From positions 214,646,001 through 214,710,000 of the forward strand of contig NC_058368.1 of the NCBI RefSeq assembly GCF_018350175.1: a DNA stretch of 64,000 bases, read 5' to 3'. The notes beneath the pieces were generated by a model, which saw only the letters and a list, made by a program, of their open reading frames with translations, had not been told where the DNA came from and searched no databases. The position numbers and the translations under genes were made by a program. Of the stretch, positions 12,706 to 26,460 are shown piece by piece (the stretch's first letter is position 1; every line of letters begins with the position of its first letter). This DNA comes from Felis catus (lineage: Eukaryota).

Positions 12706-13804
12706 GAAATTTTGTTTTAGAACAGATGCATTTGTGCCTTCACCCATTCTGTGCTCGATGAAGCTGGTTAATCTGAAACCTATTCCACCTTGAAGTGTTA
12801 ATGAGCTAATAAGTCATTTCAGGGTGAGTTGCTTTTCAAAACTGCTGAGATCATACCTCTACCTGCACTTGTATTCTGTCTACTGGTAGCAAGGGCCTGG
12901 CTACAGTGGCTGTTACCTAATAGAAGAAAACATGAATAAATCTGCTTGCTGTCTACACAAATTCTTACAAACATTTAATTAATTGAGATAATCCCATTTT
13001 AATAAGTTGGTAACTACCCTTTGATTCCACTCATTTCTCTGTGTAAGGCCTTGATAGAACATGGCTTAATCTTTCATAAAGTAGGAATAGAGATCAAATT
13101 GACTTACATTCAGTCTCAAAAACTTTGCCAGATATTAATACACAGTTTTAAATCTATTCATTTAATTGGAATTTAAAAAGTGAAATGTAAACTGGGCTGT
13201 GAATCACTATAGATGAGAAGCGTGCAATTAACTGTGATTATAACATCATAGGAAGTCCCAAAGTCTTGCACCTAAGTACAATGTTAGAAAACCCATATAG
13301 AGTATTGGTTGTGCAAAATACCAGATGATGTGAATTTTAGCTTAAGAGTGATTGTCTTATACACCAGTGTCTGCACATGCATGCACATGTACACACACAC
13401 ACACATACACACACACACAGAGGAATGGAGACAGAGGAGTTACTTGATTTTATTTTCCCATTGCCCCTATTATGTATTTTCCTAGGGTCCTCAGAACACT
13501 CTGGTTCACTCTCTTTCCTGTTTCTTCCTTAGTAATTCTTACAGAGATGTTTTTTACTGTTATTAAACTCCTCTAGTAGTTAATTATTGGCTGCAAAATG
13601 AAAGAGGTAATTTTATAGCTATCACATTCAAGGTAAAATGAAATAGATTAGATAAGATGAAATAAATGATAAATGATGAAAATCACCAAAATGCTGGGCT
13701 TAAACATCAACTAGTTAAATGCTACATCCTTCAGAGATAACAACCCTGGTATATTAGTTAAAATGCTTTTTGTTGGAAATAGTGAAAATTCAATCTAACC
13801 TGGC

Positions 13805-14540
13805 TGTGAAGTTAATTTCATGTTATCAACTTCACTGGGCCAAGGGGCATGCAGAAATTTGGATCAACATTATTCTGAGTGTGTTTGTGAGAGTGTTTCT
13901 GGATGAGGTTGATGTTTGTTTGTTTTTTAGTTTTTTTCAATGTTCATTTATTTTTGACAGAGAAACAGAGGGTGAGTGGGGGAGGGACAGAGAGAGAAGG
14001 AGACAGAATCTGAAGCAGGTTCCGGGTTCCAGGCTGTCAGCGCAGAGCCCCACGCAGAGCTCGAACTCATGAACTGTAAGATCATGACCTAAGCCATAGT
14101 CAGACACTTAACCCACCAAGCCACTCAGGCACCCTGAGGTTGATATTTGAGATGGAAAACTGAGTAAAGTAAATTGTTCTCCTTCCACTTCCCAGTGTGG
14201 GTGGGCATCATCTAATCCATTAAGGTCCTGAACAGAGCAAAAGGTGGAGTAAGGGAGAATTCATTCTCTTTGCCTGATGGGCTTTGAGCTGGAACATCAG
14301 TCTTCTGCCTTCAGACTCCAACTCGGGTTGGAACTTACACCATTGGCTCTCCCAGTTCCCAGACCTTTGAAGTCAAACTAGAGTTTACTGCATCAGCATT
14401 CCTGCTTCTCAGGCCTGTAGATCATACTGGATCATACTGGGTCATATCATCAGGTCTCCTGTGTCTTCAGTTTGCAGATCTTGGTATTTCTCAGCCTCCA
14501 TAATCATGTGAGCCAGTTCTTCCTTTTATATATCTAGATA
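13805..14540 (+). mobile_element. ERVL LTR (MLT2B/D-like)
   Basis: tgtgaagttaatttcatgttatcaacttcactgggccaagggg...cagcctccataatcatgtgagccagttc. Confidence 0.9.
13919..14134 (-). mobile_element. SINEC_Fc-like SINE nested in MLT2
   Basis: TSD tgaggttgat(g/a)tttg. Confidence 0.95.
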
Positions 14541-16590
14541 TAAAATATACTCAAGTACCAAGAAGTCTAGAGTTAAGGCAGTTTAAGGGTTGTTTGATTT
14601 AGTAACTCCAGAGTCATGAAGGACCAGTTTCTTACATTCTCAGTGCTCTGCTTTCTACAGTAACAGATTCATACTAAATCTAGTTACCCTGGTGATTAGA
14701 GAAGTTTCCAGTGGCAGTTTGAGTTACAGGTTTCCTTCTTAATGACCAGCATACTAAAATAGAATCTTGCTGTTAAGTTGACACTGATCCAATGATTTTG
14801 TCCAGGGGAATAGTAGATGACAGTTGGGTAAAGTCTACCAGGATTCCCAGCTATAGATGGAAGGAGTATCAGCTTTTCTGAAATATGTGGGTTGAGTTCG
14901 GGAGCTGTGGGTATCTGAATAATAATCTGGATAAGAGGTATATGCAAAGCAATTTTGATTCTGGATATGCTACCAACAGTGACCCCTCTTCCTGAGTTTG
15001 TGAAGAAGATCCTATATACAGGGTCACAGTTAGCAACTACTACTTCTTTAGAAACCCTGCAGCAAATACTTTGAGTTTAAAAACTATTGTGCCTCAAGTT
15101 AGAAAGATTTACATTATAGTAAATGATTACAGATAATATACAACCAACAAAAACTGTTTCTAGGAGTGACATCAACACCATAGTCGTATGAGATGTGCTT
15201 TGTTTTTATTCCCCTTAACATCTAAAATTCATCTATCCTTGAACAAAAATTACTCTGTGAGAGTTGGATCCAGCACCATATGCCAAAGGACAGGTAAGGA
15301 GTATCACCTACCTGTGCATTGGGTAATAGGCAGACACATCTTGGTGTGGACTATGGAACAAGCAGAATCCAGTAAACTGGCTTCAATCCCCCCTTGGCCA
15401 TGGTACCTGGCAAATGCTGACTTGAGCAGATGTCCACAGATTTGAGATCCTTTGTGTAAGTTCAGGTTTCTAGAGGAGAAATTTTAGCACTCTATTGAAG
15501 AAGAAAGAAAAAGAAAAAAAACAAGTTTGGATATATTACACTGGGCAAGAGGAACTTTGCCAGCATTACCCCTCTCTGCAAAGTAGCACAGCTTAGAAAA
15601 AGAGGAAGCAGGGGATCCCTCCTGTAGGGAGAAAGGGAGAGTGGTGAGTGAGTATTTGGCTTTTCCAGTTGTAAGTGACACTGCTAAAGAAATCTATTTA
15701 TATCCTAGCCTGTTAAAGCCAGAGCTCAGTGACTGGGGGAGGGAGGAGATTGGGAAAGAGGCCAATAAGAACATCAGAGGGCGTTAAAGTGACAGTTCTT
15801 GCTGACTATGTTTTAGACATCAGCAAGAAGGCCCCATATGAGCTGCTGGCAAAACCTCATCAGAGGATCTCCCCACCTGGTCTACAAGCACCCCCGATGC
15901 CCCAAGTGCCAACCCATACCCCCCTCTTCTCTGTGGCCAGCTCCTTGTGCATGCTTTCCAGGGTGGCAGTGAGAATAAACTCAGACAAGGAATACGTGCA
16001 GAAAACAAAACAGAGTCTATAGGGAAGGAAGAAACCATAGCTTTAAGCTGTAGCACCACCTCTGGGGGTGGGAAAGAGAAGCTACCAACAGCTGGCCTGG
16101 TGCATTGTAAGATTGAGCAAAGACATACAACCTTGAGAATTCTTCAACAAGTGGGAGCAAGAAGTGTGGAGCTGGTGTATCTATACAAGATCAGAGAAAG
16201 CCCCAAATATAAAACAGGACCAACAAAAACTCTCTCTCACCCGAAGCCAGCTAATAAAGATTAGAAGAGTTAATGGCTACTTCAAAAGCACAAAAGAGTC
16301 ATGCAAAACTTTAGGGGACATGAATAATCAAGGAAAATGACATCACCAAAAGATCATAATAATCTCCCAATAACTGAACTCAAAAATACAGACAGCAAGA
16401 CAAAATATCCAATAACTGTAGAAAAAATTTAAAATGTGTCATAGGCATAATTGAAATATCAGAGGAAGAAGAAATAGAGAACAGAGCAGAAACAATATTT
16501 CAAGTAATAATGGCTGACAGTTTTCCAAAATTAAAAACAGACACCAAAGCATAGATACAAAGTCCAAGAACACCAACTAGGATGAATACC

Positions 16591-16629
<39 letters not shown>
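16591..16629. repeat. (AAT)n microsatellite
   Basis: Directly visible. Confidence 0.95.
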
Positions 16630-17738
16630 CTGGTCATATTGTCGTCAGAGTGAAGAAAAAAAGAACATATTAAAAATCTTGAAATAAGTCAGATGAAAAA
16701 ATAATTACCTGTAAGAAAAACAAAAATAAGAATTTCAGAAGACTTCTAACAAGAAGACATACAAACTAGAAGACAATAGTGTGGAGTTTTTAGAATGTGG
16801 CAAGAAAATATCTACCAACCTAGAATTCTATGTTCAATGAATTTAAACATTTTATTGTCAGCAGAACCACTCTGCAAAAATAAAACAAAACAAAACAAAA
16901 AAATTCTTCAGGGAGGAGGGAAATTACATAGGCCAGAAATTTGAATTTACATAAGAACATCAGAAAAATAATAAATGGTGGTAAAACAGAAGCTCTTATT
17001 TTTCTCTTCTTAATTGATACAAAAGACTGTTTATTTAAGGTAGTAATAATAACAATGTATTAGGTGATTGCAGCATGTAGATGAGGGAAACAAATGACAG
17101 AAATGGCATAACAGACAAGATAGAGGATTTGGGAATACTTTTTTATAAGGTACTTGAACTCTGCACGAGTTGTTATAGTGTTAGTATAGCCCCAGTTGGA
17201 ATCCCAGCAAGCTGTTTTATACATATTGACAAGCTAATTCTAAAATTTATATGGAAAGGCAAAGGTTTAAGAATAGGCAATCCAGTCCTGGAGAAGAAAA
17301 AATTGGAAAACTTTTACTTCCCTTTCCCAAAAGTTACTATAAAGTTGTAGTAATCATGATACAGTAGGATTGGCAATAGAATGGACACATAGGCCCATGG
17401 AATAGGATTTAGAACCTTATACATATATAAGCACCTAATCTTTGAAAATGGAGGAAAGGGAATTAGGTGGAGAAAGGATAGTCTTTACGAATGATGCTGA
17501 GCAAACCTAATGTCCAAATGTTAAAAAAAAAAAAAAAGATTCTACATATAGACCTTACATTTTTCACAAAAATTAACTCAAAAAGAACATAGACCTCAAC
17601 ATATAATGCAAAACTGTAAAACATAGAAGAAAATGTAGGAGAAAAATCTACACGACTTGGCTTTAGTGATGAATTTTTGGATATAACATCCAAAGCACAA
17701 TCCACAAAAGAAAAATTGATATTAAAAATTAACATTAA

Positions 17739-17867
17739 GGGGACACCTGGGTAGTTCAGTTGGTTAAATGTCCAGCTCTTGATTTCGGCTCAGGTCATGA
17801 TCTCACAGTCATGAGATCGAGCTCTGTATTAGAGTCTGTGTGGGGCATGGAGCCTGCTTAAGTTTTC

Positions 17868-17910
<43 letters not shown>

Positions 17911-17975
17911 CCCCCCTGCTCCCCCCACCCTCCAAAACCCCCCAACCCCCCCCCCCAAACAAACACAAAAACAAA
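17739..17975 (+). mobile_element. Older carnivore SINE in L1
   Basis: Head ggggacacctgggtagttcag; long (CT)n; TSD ttaacatta. Confidence 0.9.
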
Positions 17976-18669
17976 ACTTAACATTAGGGAAAGAAAAAAA
18001 AAAAACAAAAATGGGCTAAAGATCTAAACAGACATTACACCAAAGAAGATAAACAGCAAATAAACATATAAAACGATACTCAACTTTGTGTATCCTTATG
18101 TAATTGTAAATTAAATCAGCAACTAGATATCACTGTACACTTATTGGAAGGGCTAAGGTATGAAAACCTACAATAGTAACTATTGGCATACTTGCAGAGC
18201 AACAAAACTTCCATTCCTTGCTTGTGGGAATGCAAAATTGGAAAACCACTTTTGAAAATAGTTTGACCAAAAACAAAACAAAACAAAACAAAAACAAAAA
18301 CAAACAAAAAACTAGAAGGAAAGAAAGAAAAAATAGTTTGACAACATCTTATAAAATTAAAAATTCACATTAGGAGGCATTCTGACAGTTTATAAAACAA
18401 CGCAGTTTGTAAATCTAAGTTTTATTATACAATCCAGCAATCACACTGCTAGTTATTTACCCAGCTGATTTGAAAACTTATATCCACACAAACACCCACA
18501 CATGATTGATTATAGAGCTTTATTCATAATAATCAAAACCTGGAAACAACAATAATGTCCTTTCATAGATGATGGCTATGCAAACTGTGGCACATCCATG
18601 CAATGGAATATTATTCAGTAGAAAAAAGAAATGAGCTATTAGGCTATTAAAATCAGTGTATGAATCTTA

Positions 18670-18889
18670 CAATGAAGTTTTTTTTTTAAATGTTTTTATT
18701 TTTGAGAGAGAGAGAGAGTGGGGGGGGGGGCAAGGAGGGGCAAAGAGAGAGGGAGACGCAGAATCCGAAGAGGCTCCTGGCTCTGAGCTGTCAGCACAGA
18801 GCCCAACGCAGGGCTCAAACTCAATAACTGGGAGATCATGACCCGAGCTGAAGTTGGATGCTTAACAGACTGAGCCACCCAGGTGCCCC
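18670..18889 (-). mobile_element. SINEC_Fc-like SINE in L1
   Basis: TSD agtg(t/g)atgaatctta. Confidence 0.95.
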
Positions 18890-19695
18890 ATAAGTGGATG
18901 AATCTTAAATGCATTATTGCCAAATGAAAAGATAGTCTGAGAAAGCTATATATTGTTGAGTCCTATGACATGATCTTTTGGAAAAAGCAAAACCTTAGCA
19001 TCTATATAAAGGACAATGGTTCCCAAGACCATTGGCTCGATAGCTGAAACACAGGATAATCATAGGGAAGTAAAACAATTGTGTATGACACTGAAACAAT
19101 AGATATTTGACACTGCATTCTTCAAAATCTCTAGAACTTTCAGGAGTAAGAGTGAACTTGAATGTATGCAGATTTTATAAAAATTGGAGGCTCCCAGAAT
19201 AATATGCAGAATGTGACAAAATCTCTAACTCTAATACAAATGTATGAAACAATTTCACTGAACGGTGTGGTGAATAAGTGTTCTCCTAATTAACTTTAAA
19301 ACTGAGTAGAATCTGTAAAATTAAAGTTAAAAAACAGCTGTATATAAGACTGTACTTTGGTTGATAAAGTAGTTTACCATCAGAGCCTGTTAACAATTCT
19401 GATACTGCTATTAATATATATTAATGTATATATATATTTGAATTAAACAATTAAGTAAATGGATGGTGGGGGGCAGATTTTTGCTGTTAAAGGAGTTGAA
19501 CATTCATGTGGTATGAATAAGAGTTGAATTTTTCAGTATGAACTCAGGTTTAGCTTAATATAGTTATAGATAGTTACATATAGAGATATGTATAGATATG
19601 TGTATATACAGGGGTTAATATGCACACACATATTTCCTTGCTCTGTCAGATGGAAGGGCCTAGAAGCATGTGTTTACGTATAGATCTTGGTTTCT

Positions 19696-19931
19696 TTTCA
19701 TTTTTTTTAAGAATTAAAAACTTATTTTTTCATGTTTATTTATTTTTCAGAGAGAGAGAGAAAGGGTGTGAGCTGGGGAGAAGCAGAGAGAGAGGGAGAC
19801 AGAATCGGAAGCAGGCTCCAGGCTCTGAGCTGTCAGCACAGAACCTGACGTGGGGCTCCAATTCACCAACCACAGATCATGACCTGGGCTGAAGTCGGGC
19901 ACTTAACTGACTGAGCCACCCCAGTGCTCCC
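19696..19931 (-). mobile_element. SINEC_Fc-like SINE in L1
   Basis: TSD aga(t/c)cttggtttct. Confidence 0.95.
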
Positions 19932-20194
19932 AGACCTTGGTTTCTAGTAGCAACCGCCAGTAAAAAGGAACCAAGTCTCCTTGGAGAAATGGTTGATTCT
20001 AGGATTAAGGCAGGAAACATATGAGTCGGGAGCATTTTGTAGTGCCAGAAAGTAAGAGAGAGCGCAAACTTAAAAACAAACGAACAAACAACAAAACCCA
20101 CAAACGATGGATACATGTCAAAGGGACACAGATGCTAACTGAAAGAGCCCCAGAGGCCAAAGCTGGAAAAAACAATTGAGCAATAAAATGAATA

Positions 20195-20882
20195 CAAGTA
20201 TACCTCATTCCATCATGCTTTGTTTTACTGTGCTTTGCAGATATTGCTGTTTTTCTTTTTTCTTTTAAACAAATTGAAGGTTTGTGGCAAAACTGTGTCA
20301 AGCAAGTCTATAAATGCCGTTTTTTTTTTCCTAGTAGCATTTGCTCACTTTATATCTTTGCCACATTTTGGTAATTCTTGCAGTATTTCCAACTTTTTTA
20401 TTGTCATTATATTTATCGTGGTGATCTGTGATCAGTGTTTGTGACTTGCTGAAAACTCAGATGATGTTTAGCATTTTTTAGTTCACAGTATTTTTATTTT
20501 TTTTTCAACGTTTATTTATTTTGGGGACAGAGAGAGACAGAGCATGAACGGGGGAGGGGCAGAGAGAGAGGGAGACACAGAATCGGAAACAGGCTCCAGG
20601 CTCTGAGCCATCAGCCCAGAGCCTGACGCGGGGCTCGAACTCACCGACCGTGAGATCGTGACCTGAGCTGAAGTCGGACGCTTAACCGACTGAGCCAGGC
20701 GCCCCAGTATTTTTAAATTAAGGTATATACTTTGTTTTAGGCATAAGGCTATTGTACATGTAAGACACTACAGTATGGTATAAACATTACTTTCATATGT
20801 ACTAGGAAACTAAAAATTTATTTGATTATCTTTATTGCAGTGGTCTTGGAACCAAACCCACAATATCTCTGAGGAATGCCTT
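20195..20882 (+). mobile_element. Tigger1 internal-deletion derivative (Tigger1a_Car-like)
   Basis: Both terminal inverted repeats (caagtatacctc... and ...gaggaatgcct); TA flanks; acaaattgaaggtttgtggc. Confidence 0.9.
20497..20705 (-). mobile_element. Young SINEC_Fc SINE nested in Tigger1
   Basis: CpG-rich; TSD cagtattttta. Confidence 0.95.
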
Positions 20883-21127
20883 TAAGTAAGTTTTGGATTA
20901 CAACCCAAAGCATAAAATAAATATTCATGAGTCCATATGGATATAAGTAAACAATTAAGTAAATAAGTAAATGGGAATGAATAGACAACTCACCTTTCCA
21001 AAAGAATCCCAAGTAATGAATGTGTATAGTCCAAGGTCTAGGAAGTGGGGCATAGCTCCCCATTCCCTGAAAATGGGCTGCAGATGATGATTTCCTTCTG
21101 AGGAGTACATAAGAATGAAAAAATAAA

Positions 21128-21355
21128 GGGGCACCTGGGTGGTTCAGTTGGTTGGGTGTCCAACTTCAGTTCAGGTCATGATCTTGCAGTTCGTGGGTTT
21201 GAGCCCCGCATCGGGCTCTGTGCTGACAGCTCAGAACCTGGATCTGCTTCGGATTCTGTGTCTCCCTCTCTCTCTCTGCCCCTCCCCCATGACTGCTCTG
21301 TCTCTCTCTGTCTTTCAAAAATAAATAAATGTTTAAAAAAAATTAAAAGAAAAAA
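21128..21355 (+). mobile_element. SINEC_Fc-like SINE in L1
   Basis: TSD aagaatg(a/g)aaaaata. Confidence 0.95.
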
Positions 21356-21838
21356 AGAATGGAAAAATATAACAGTTAGTTTACAGTCGAAAAATCTGAG
21401 AGACTCTAACACAGCCAGGTCAACATCAGCAGTGATAGGTCATGCTGATAGATCATATCTATCCTTGCTATGATGTGATGAGAATAGCACTGTACCTCTG
21501 TGGTCTTCCTCCCCCAAACTCCTATCCCCAGACTGATCATGATAAAAATATCAGATGAATCTTAATTGAGAAACATTCTAAAAAATACCTAACTACTCCT
21601 CCTCAAAACTATCAAGGGCATCAAAAATAAGGGAAGTCTGGAAAATTATCACAGCCAAGAAGAGCCTAAGGAGACATGAAAGCTAATATAATGTGGATAA
21701 AACTTGGGCACAGAAAAAGGACCTTATGTAAAAACAAAGAAACTGGAATAAAATAGAAACTTTAGTTAATGAAAATGTATCAATATTTGTTCATTAATTA
21801 TGATAACAGTACCATACTAGCATAAGATGTTTAAAATG

Positions 21839-22373
21839 TGTTATGAATTTGTCATATTAACACTTGTTAAATGGAATGCAGGGTGTTGGATGTTGAGCAG
21901 TTCAATAACAGATAACAAAGGAAATAGAGAAGTTTATTATTCACAGGTCCTAGACGAAGTACACACTGTGTCTTGAGGGACCACATGGGGAGGTCAAGGC
22001 AGAGTGCAGATATAGAGGGTGGATCTGGGGCATATGACTCTATTGGAGCTGTGGGTAGAGTGCTTTGGGGTTCTCAGGCTAAGGCCAGATTGGTCAATTC
22101 AAACTAAAAAGCTGGTTATGGTAAGACACAGAGGAATCTTATCTAAGGGCCATAATGGGAAGGTGCTGGACTCAGGGGAGACTTACTTACAAGAGCTATT
22201 GGAGAAATCATATCAGAAACTTAGGTTGCTTGTGACTCTCTGTGGGCTGCTGTCTAGGGTGCATGCTTGTATGAGGAAGGTAGTGTCAGTTTAGGTTCAT
22301 TACAGCCTGCTTGGCAAGACAAAATGGTCACAAAGCCTCAGTACCGTGCAGTAATTTAGCTAAACTCTAGACG
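21839..22373 (-). mobile_element. ERVL-class solo LTR (MER76-like) inserted in the L1 3' end
   Basis: L1MC 3' end is interrupted and resumes at ~22374; antisense AATAAA (tttatt) near 21934; family from recalled consensus. Confidence 0.65.
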
Positions 22374-22625
22374 TAAGGGAAACCGGGACTGGGAACTCTC
22401 TGTATTATCTCCACAATTTTTCTGTTACTCTAATACTATTTTTAAAATTATTTTAAAGTAGTTATCAAGAAGGAAATAAAATTGGCATCTGCAAACTGTA
22501 AATCTTCAACTATCTTAAGAAAAATAATTTGAAATGTACAGTTCTTTCAAGAGTGAGAGAATAATAGGCATATTTGAGAACAAAGAGAGTCCCAGAAAGT
22601 TTAGTGCATATGGACATTTTAAATG

Positions 22626-22715
22626 TTTTTTTTTAAAAAAACAGTTTACTATTTATTTATTTATATTTTTATTTATTGAGAGGGGGGGAGAGAGAGGGTG
22701 CAAATGAGTGAGGGC

Positions 22716-22749
<34 letters not shown>

Positions 22750-22890
22750 AGAGAAAGAGAGAGACAGAGAAGCAGGGCTCACCGGAAGCAGGGCTCAAGT
22801 TCACCTGATGTGGGACTCAAAGTCATGAGCCAAGAGATCATGACCTGAGCTGAAATCAGATGCTTAAGTGACAGAGCCACTCAGGTGCCC
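22626..22890 (-). mobile_element. Felid SINE variant (SINEC_Fc3-like)
   Basis: SINE head with duplicated agcagggctc body; (GA)n tract. Confidence 0.9.
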
Positions 22891-22929
22891 TAAATATATT
22901 TTAATTGAAGATGTTGTCAGTAAAATTTA

Positions 22930-23800
22930 ATTTAAAAAATCCACAATAGACAAGATTTTGATATAAAGAATCAGTGCTATTTGAAGAAACAAGTAAACTT
23001 ATACCTGAGACTAAATAATTTTTTAAGATAATGTAAAAGAAATTATCGAAATATAAGATGTTCCAAGGTGCTGTGTTGCAGCTTCTGATGTATTCAAGAG
23101 ATTTATTTCTATGTGTTAAATATTAAAGGTTACCAGTAATAGAAAAGTAGAAGTGTATGTAACTTCTGAATAAAAAGACATGAACAAACAACAACAGAAC
23201 ACTACTGGGTCAGTCAAATGAAGAGTGAGAGAGAAAGAAAATAGATTTTAAAAAATAATGAAAAGAATATATAAAGTAAAATGGCCAGACTACCTATAAG
23301 CACTCATTAATATAAAAGTATTAATGAATGAACTCCACTATTAAAATACAGATATTCTTAGAATATGTTAAAAATATGTTAGAATATGTTAAAAATTCCC
23401 AAACCAAAATTCACTTGCTCCACAAGAGCCATGCTTGAAATTAAAATACATAAAAAAGATTGAATGCAAAAAGATAGAATTATGTATTACCAGCAAATAT
23501 TAATCAAAAGCAAGGAGATGAAGAAATGTTATTATCAGACAAAATAGAATTCAAAGTGAATGACTTATATGGGGCAAAGGGAAATATTTCATAGCAGTGC
23601 AGCAAGGTGATATGACAGTCATGAACTTTTCTATGTACATAGTTAGAAAATACATAAAGCAAAGCTTCTGTGTGTATGAGTATATCACATGTGTATGCAT
23701 AGATGTATAGATATATTTTCAAAAAGGATAATAAACATTTCTTTTCAAACATACATGGAATATTCAGAAACATTCATTATGTATCAGAGCATGTAGAAGA
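22930..23800 (+). mobile_element. Old L1 fragment (ORF2 endonuclease region)
   Basis: ttatcagacaaaatagaattcaaag, ccagcaaatattaatcaaaag, ttcttttcaaacatacatggaatattc. Confidence 0.75.
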
Positions 23801-24333
23801 CAATTCTGGTTGCTCATCTAACAAATTTAAACTTTCCTCACCCATTCTTTTTTCCTGGCTAATTAAAACAACAAGGACTTTAATTCCACAAAAGAAAGCA
23901 TGAGAAACTTAAAGTGGACTTCCATATAGAATGTCCTTTTTGTCATTTTAATACGCCATGGAGAACAGGAATATAAACCAGTAGTTTAAAGAGAGTGTGG
24001 GGTTATGGAAGGTGTTTCTTTCAGTTGGAAGATAATATAGATTTTTATGCTAATGGAATGACCAATTAGAGAAATAGAAATTGGTGAGCCAGGCTATACA
24101 AGAGAGTTGTTGAGATGGAGTCTATCAGAAGGCAAGATAGAAAGGTCTCAAGAGCATAAGAGGAAGGAAGCTGAGGCTTTTGATAGAAATGGACTTATAT
24201 TTTTAACAGTGACTATAGGATGCAGATTGTTTAAGACAAATTTCTGTCACAGGATTGTAATACCAGTTAAAGTAGCCATGCAGCAAAATCGTAATGTTGG
24301 CAAGTTGGAAGTTGCTGAATTAGGAAGAAAAAA

Positions 24334-24336
<3 letters not shown>

Positions 24337-24373
<37 letters not shown>
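24337..24373. repeat. (TG)n microsatellite
   Basis: Directly visible. Confidence 0.95.
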
Positions 24374-24375
<2 letters not shown>

Positions 24376-24542
24376 TTAGTATTTTCCTTGAATCAAGGAA
24401 TTTATGACAAGACTGTATTCTTACCTATTATTTGCTTTATTCACTTGATAAATATTACCAAAGGATGTATTTTTACCACATGACTGTAGGAAAGAGAGAA
24501 TCTTCCAGCAAGGATTATGAAACATTTTATTAGAGCTGAATT

Positions 24543-24586
24543 TAGTTGTAGATTAATTGAAACATCTAGTTGTAGATTAATTGAAA
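24543..24586. repeat. Tandem duplication, period 24 bp
   Basis: tagttgtagattaattgaaa occurs twice, separated by catc. Confidence 0.9.
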
Positions 24587-25544
24587 AATAGAGAATTGAT
24601 AATGAGCTAGGGACTTTAAAAGATTGTTATGCTGAAGACTATTTCTGAAAAAAGGTAGATAGATCAGATAGTGCTAAGGAGGAGGGAAACATGGATTACA
24701 ATTTAAAGCTTGTAGGTTGTGGAAATATCCTTCGACTTATTTTTCCCAATGGTACTTTATCCACCTGGACAATGACATTGAATGGGATCACAATTCTTAT
24801 GTCTTCATGGCTGTTTTTCCTTTTTCTTTCAAATGAATGTGGGGAGGAGATGCCTTTGTGGAAATGAAAGAGAATGAAGAAAATGTCCAGAGAGATGAAT
24901 TTGATACGCTATCTTTGGCAGTTTTCTTGGAAGATGTTACTCTTTTTTGCTCTTTTTATATTTCCTCTTCATTCATTTTCTCCTCCTGTGTTAGATACTG
25001 GTTATAAAGCTTAGACATATATAAAATGCTAGACCTGGATGTTCTTCAAAATGTTAACTGCTGAGTTCAGCAACTTGAGTTGTTGTCACTGAATTACTTC
25101 TTTAGGGAGAAAAGAAGAGGGGAAAGGAAAACAAGGAGAAGATTGACAGACTGCCCTGAAATACAAATTTGTCTTCTGAAGTCACCAGGAGAGAAACTAA
25201 TCATTCATTGTAATTAAACAATAGCTGAGTCGCCTCTAGCAGTTTTACCTTGCCTAGTTTTGATTTCTGAAGAACTCACATAAAGGTGGAATGCTTTCCA
25301 GAATTAGCTCAACAACCGTACACATGGTTCAAATGAATGAACCATGACTTTGCTGGAGCTTCCTTCTGTCTTTCCCACATTGTCTTACTTTTCTCTGATG
25401 TAGAAATTCTCATTTTTCACAAAAATCTATGCGTCTTTTTTCTTTGAAGTAAAGTTTAGGCTCACAATGCCCATCTCTTAACGTTTCATCTGGTAATATC
25501 AAACTACAACCTACAGATGACTCTGCTCTTGAAGTCTTTTAGGG

Positions 25545-26460
25545 ATGGACAGCAAAGATGAAAATGCAGCTAAAAAGGGGAAATGTTTCAATGCTAGAAG
25601 TGAAATTTGAATTGAATGTGAATTGAGGTATAGAACAAATAGCTGTGTGTGGGAAGGTTGACACTACCACAGTTTTAGAGATTCTAAATAAGCATCCAGA
25701 AGAACTCAGTGAAGACAAACATTGACCCCAAAGAAGAAAGTGATTGTGACAAACAGGGTGAAGATGGCCTAGAGGAAGGTGACACTAGCAAAAATATGTT
25801 TCTTTCTTTCTTTTTAAATATTTATTTATTTTTGGGAGAGACACAGAGAGTGCATGAGCAGGGGAGGGGCAGAGAGAGAGAGAGGGAGACACAGAATCTG
25901 AAGCAGGCTCCAGACTCTGAACTGTCAGCATGGAGCCTGATGTGGGGCTCGAACCCACAAACCGTGAGATCATGACCTGAGCCAAAGTCGGACGCCTAAA
26001 CGACTGAGCCACCCAGGGGCCCCGCAAAAATATGTTTCCGAGACATTTCACAACATTGGAAGTGCCAAGGATAAAATGTTGAAAGCTGACCCAAACTTAG
26101 TTAGAATTATGCAAATTCACCAAGGCATGGAGAAGATGCTGATTCCACATGGTAAATTGTAAGTTGAAAACAAAAGGCAAATACTCTTGAAACTCATCTT
26201 GATAATTTTTTTAGCAAGACATAAAACACTTTAAGTCTCAATGGTATAAGTTATAGTGCGTAAAATAAATATTATTTATATATATATTTCCTGTCCCTGT
26301 ACATTCATAAATGACACCAAGAGTTTTGAAGGTTTTGAAACAGGTTTTACAGGTCACAGCGCAATCGTAATTTTTCCCATTGATTATTTAAGATCGCTTT
26401 GCCTGGTTTGTACATTCATTTTTATGCTCTCACGCTACTGTGCAAAGTGAGGGCTGCCTG
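25545..26460. mobile_element. Ancient Tigger (Tigger13a-like) DNA transposon
   Basis: Terminal gctactgtgcaaagtgagggctgcctg followed by TA; aatcgtaatttttcccattgattat; ggataaaatgttgaaagctgacccaaacttag. Confidence 0.75.
25803..26023 (-). mobile_element. SINEC_Fc-like SINE nested in Tigger
   Basis: Perfect 15-bp TSD gcaaaaatatgtttc. Confidence 0.97.

Larger units (their letters stand above)
13750..14990 (-). mobile_element. Old MaLR LTR (MLT1K/L-like), split by MLT2
   Basis: tattagttaaaatgctttttgttggaaatagtgaaaattcaatctaacctggct; similarity resumes after ~14545. Confidence 0.55.
15160..22450 (+). mobile_element. Large fragmented L1 (5' region, ORF1 relics, ORF2 end, L1MC3-like 3' UTR); possibly a mosaic of two L1s
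   Basis: ORF1-like 16300-16900; ORF2 3' motifs (aagctaattctaaaatttatatggaaaggc, aatccagcaatcacactgctag); L1MC-type 3' UTR and terminal gggaactctctgtattatct; many nested insertions. Confidence 0.85.
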
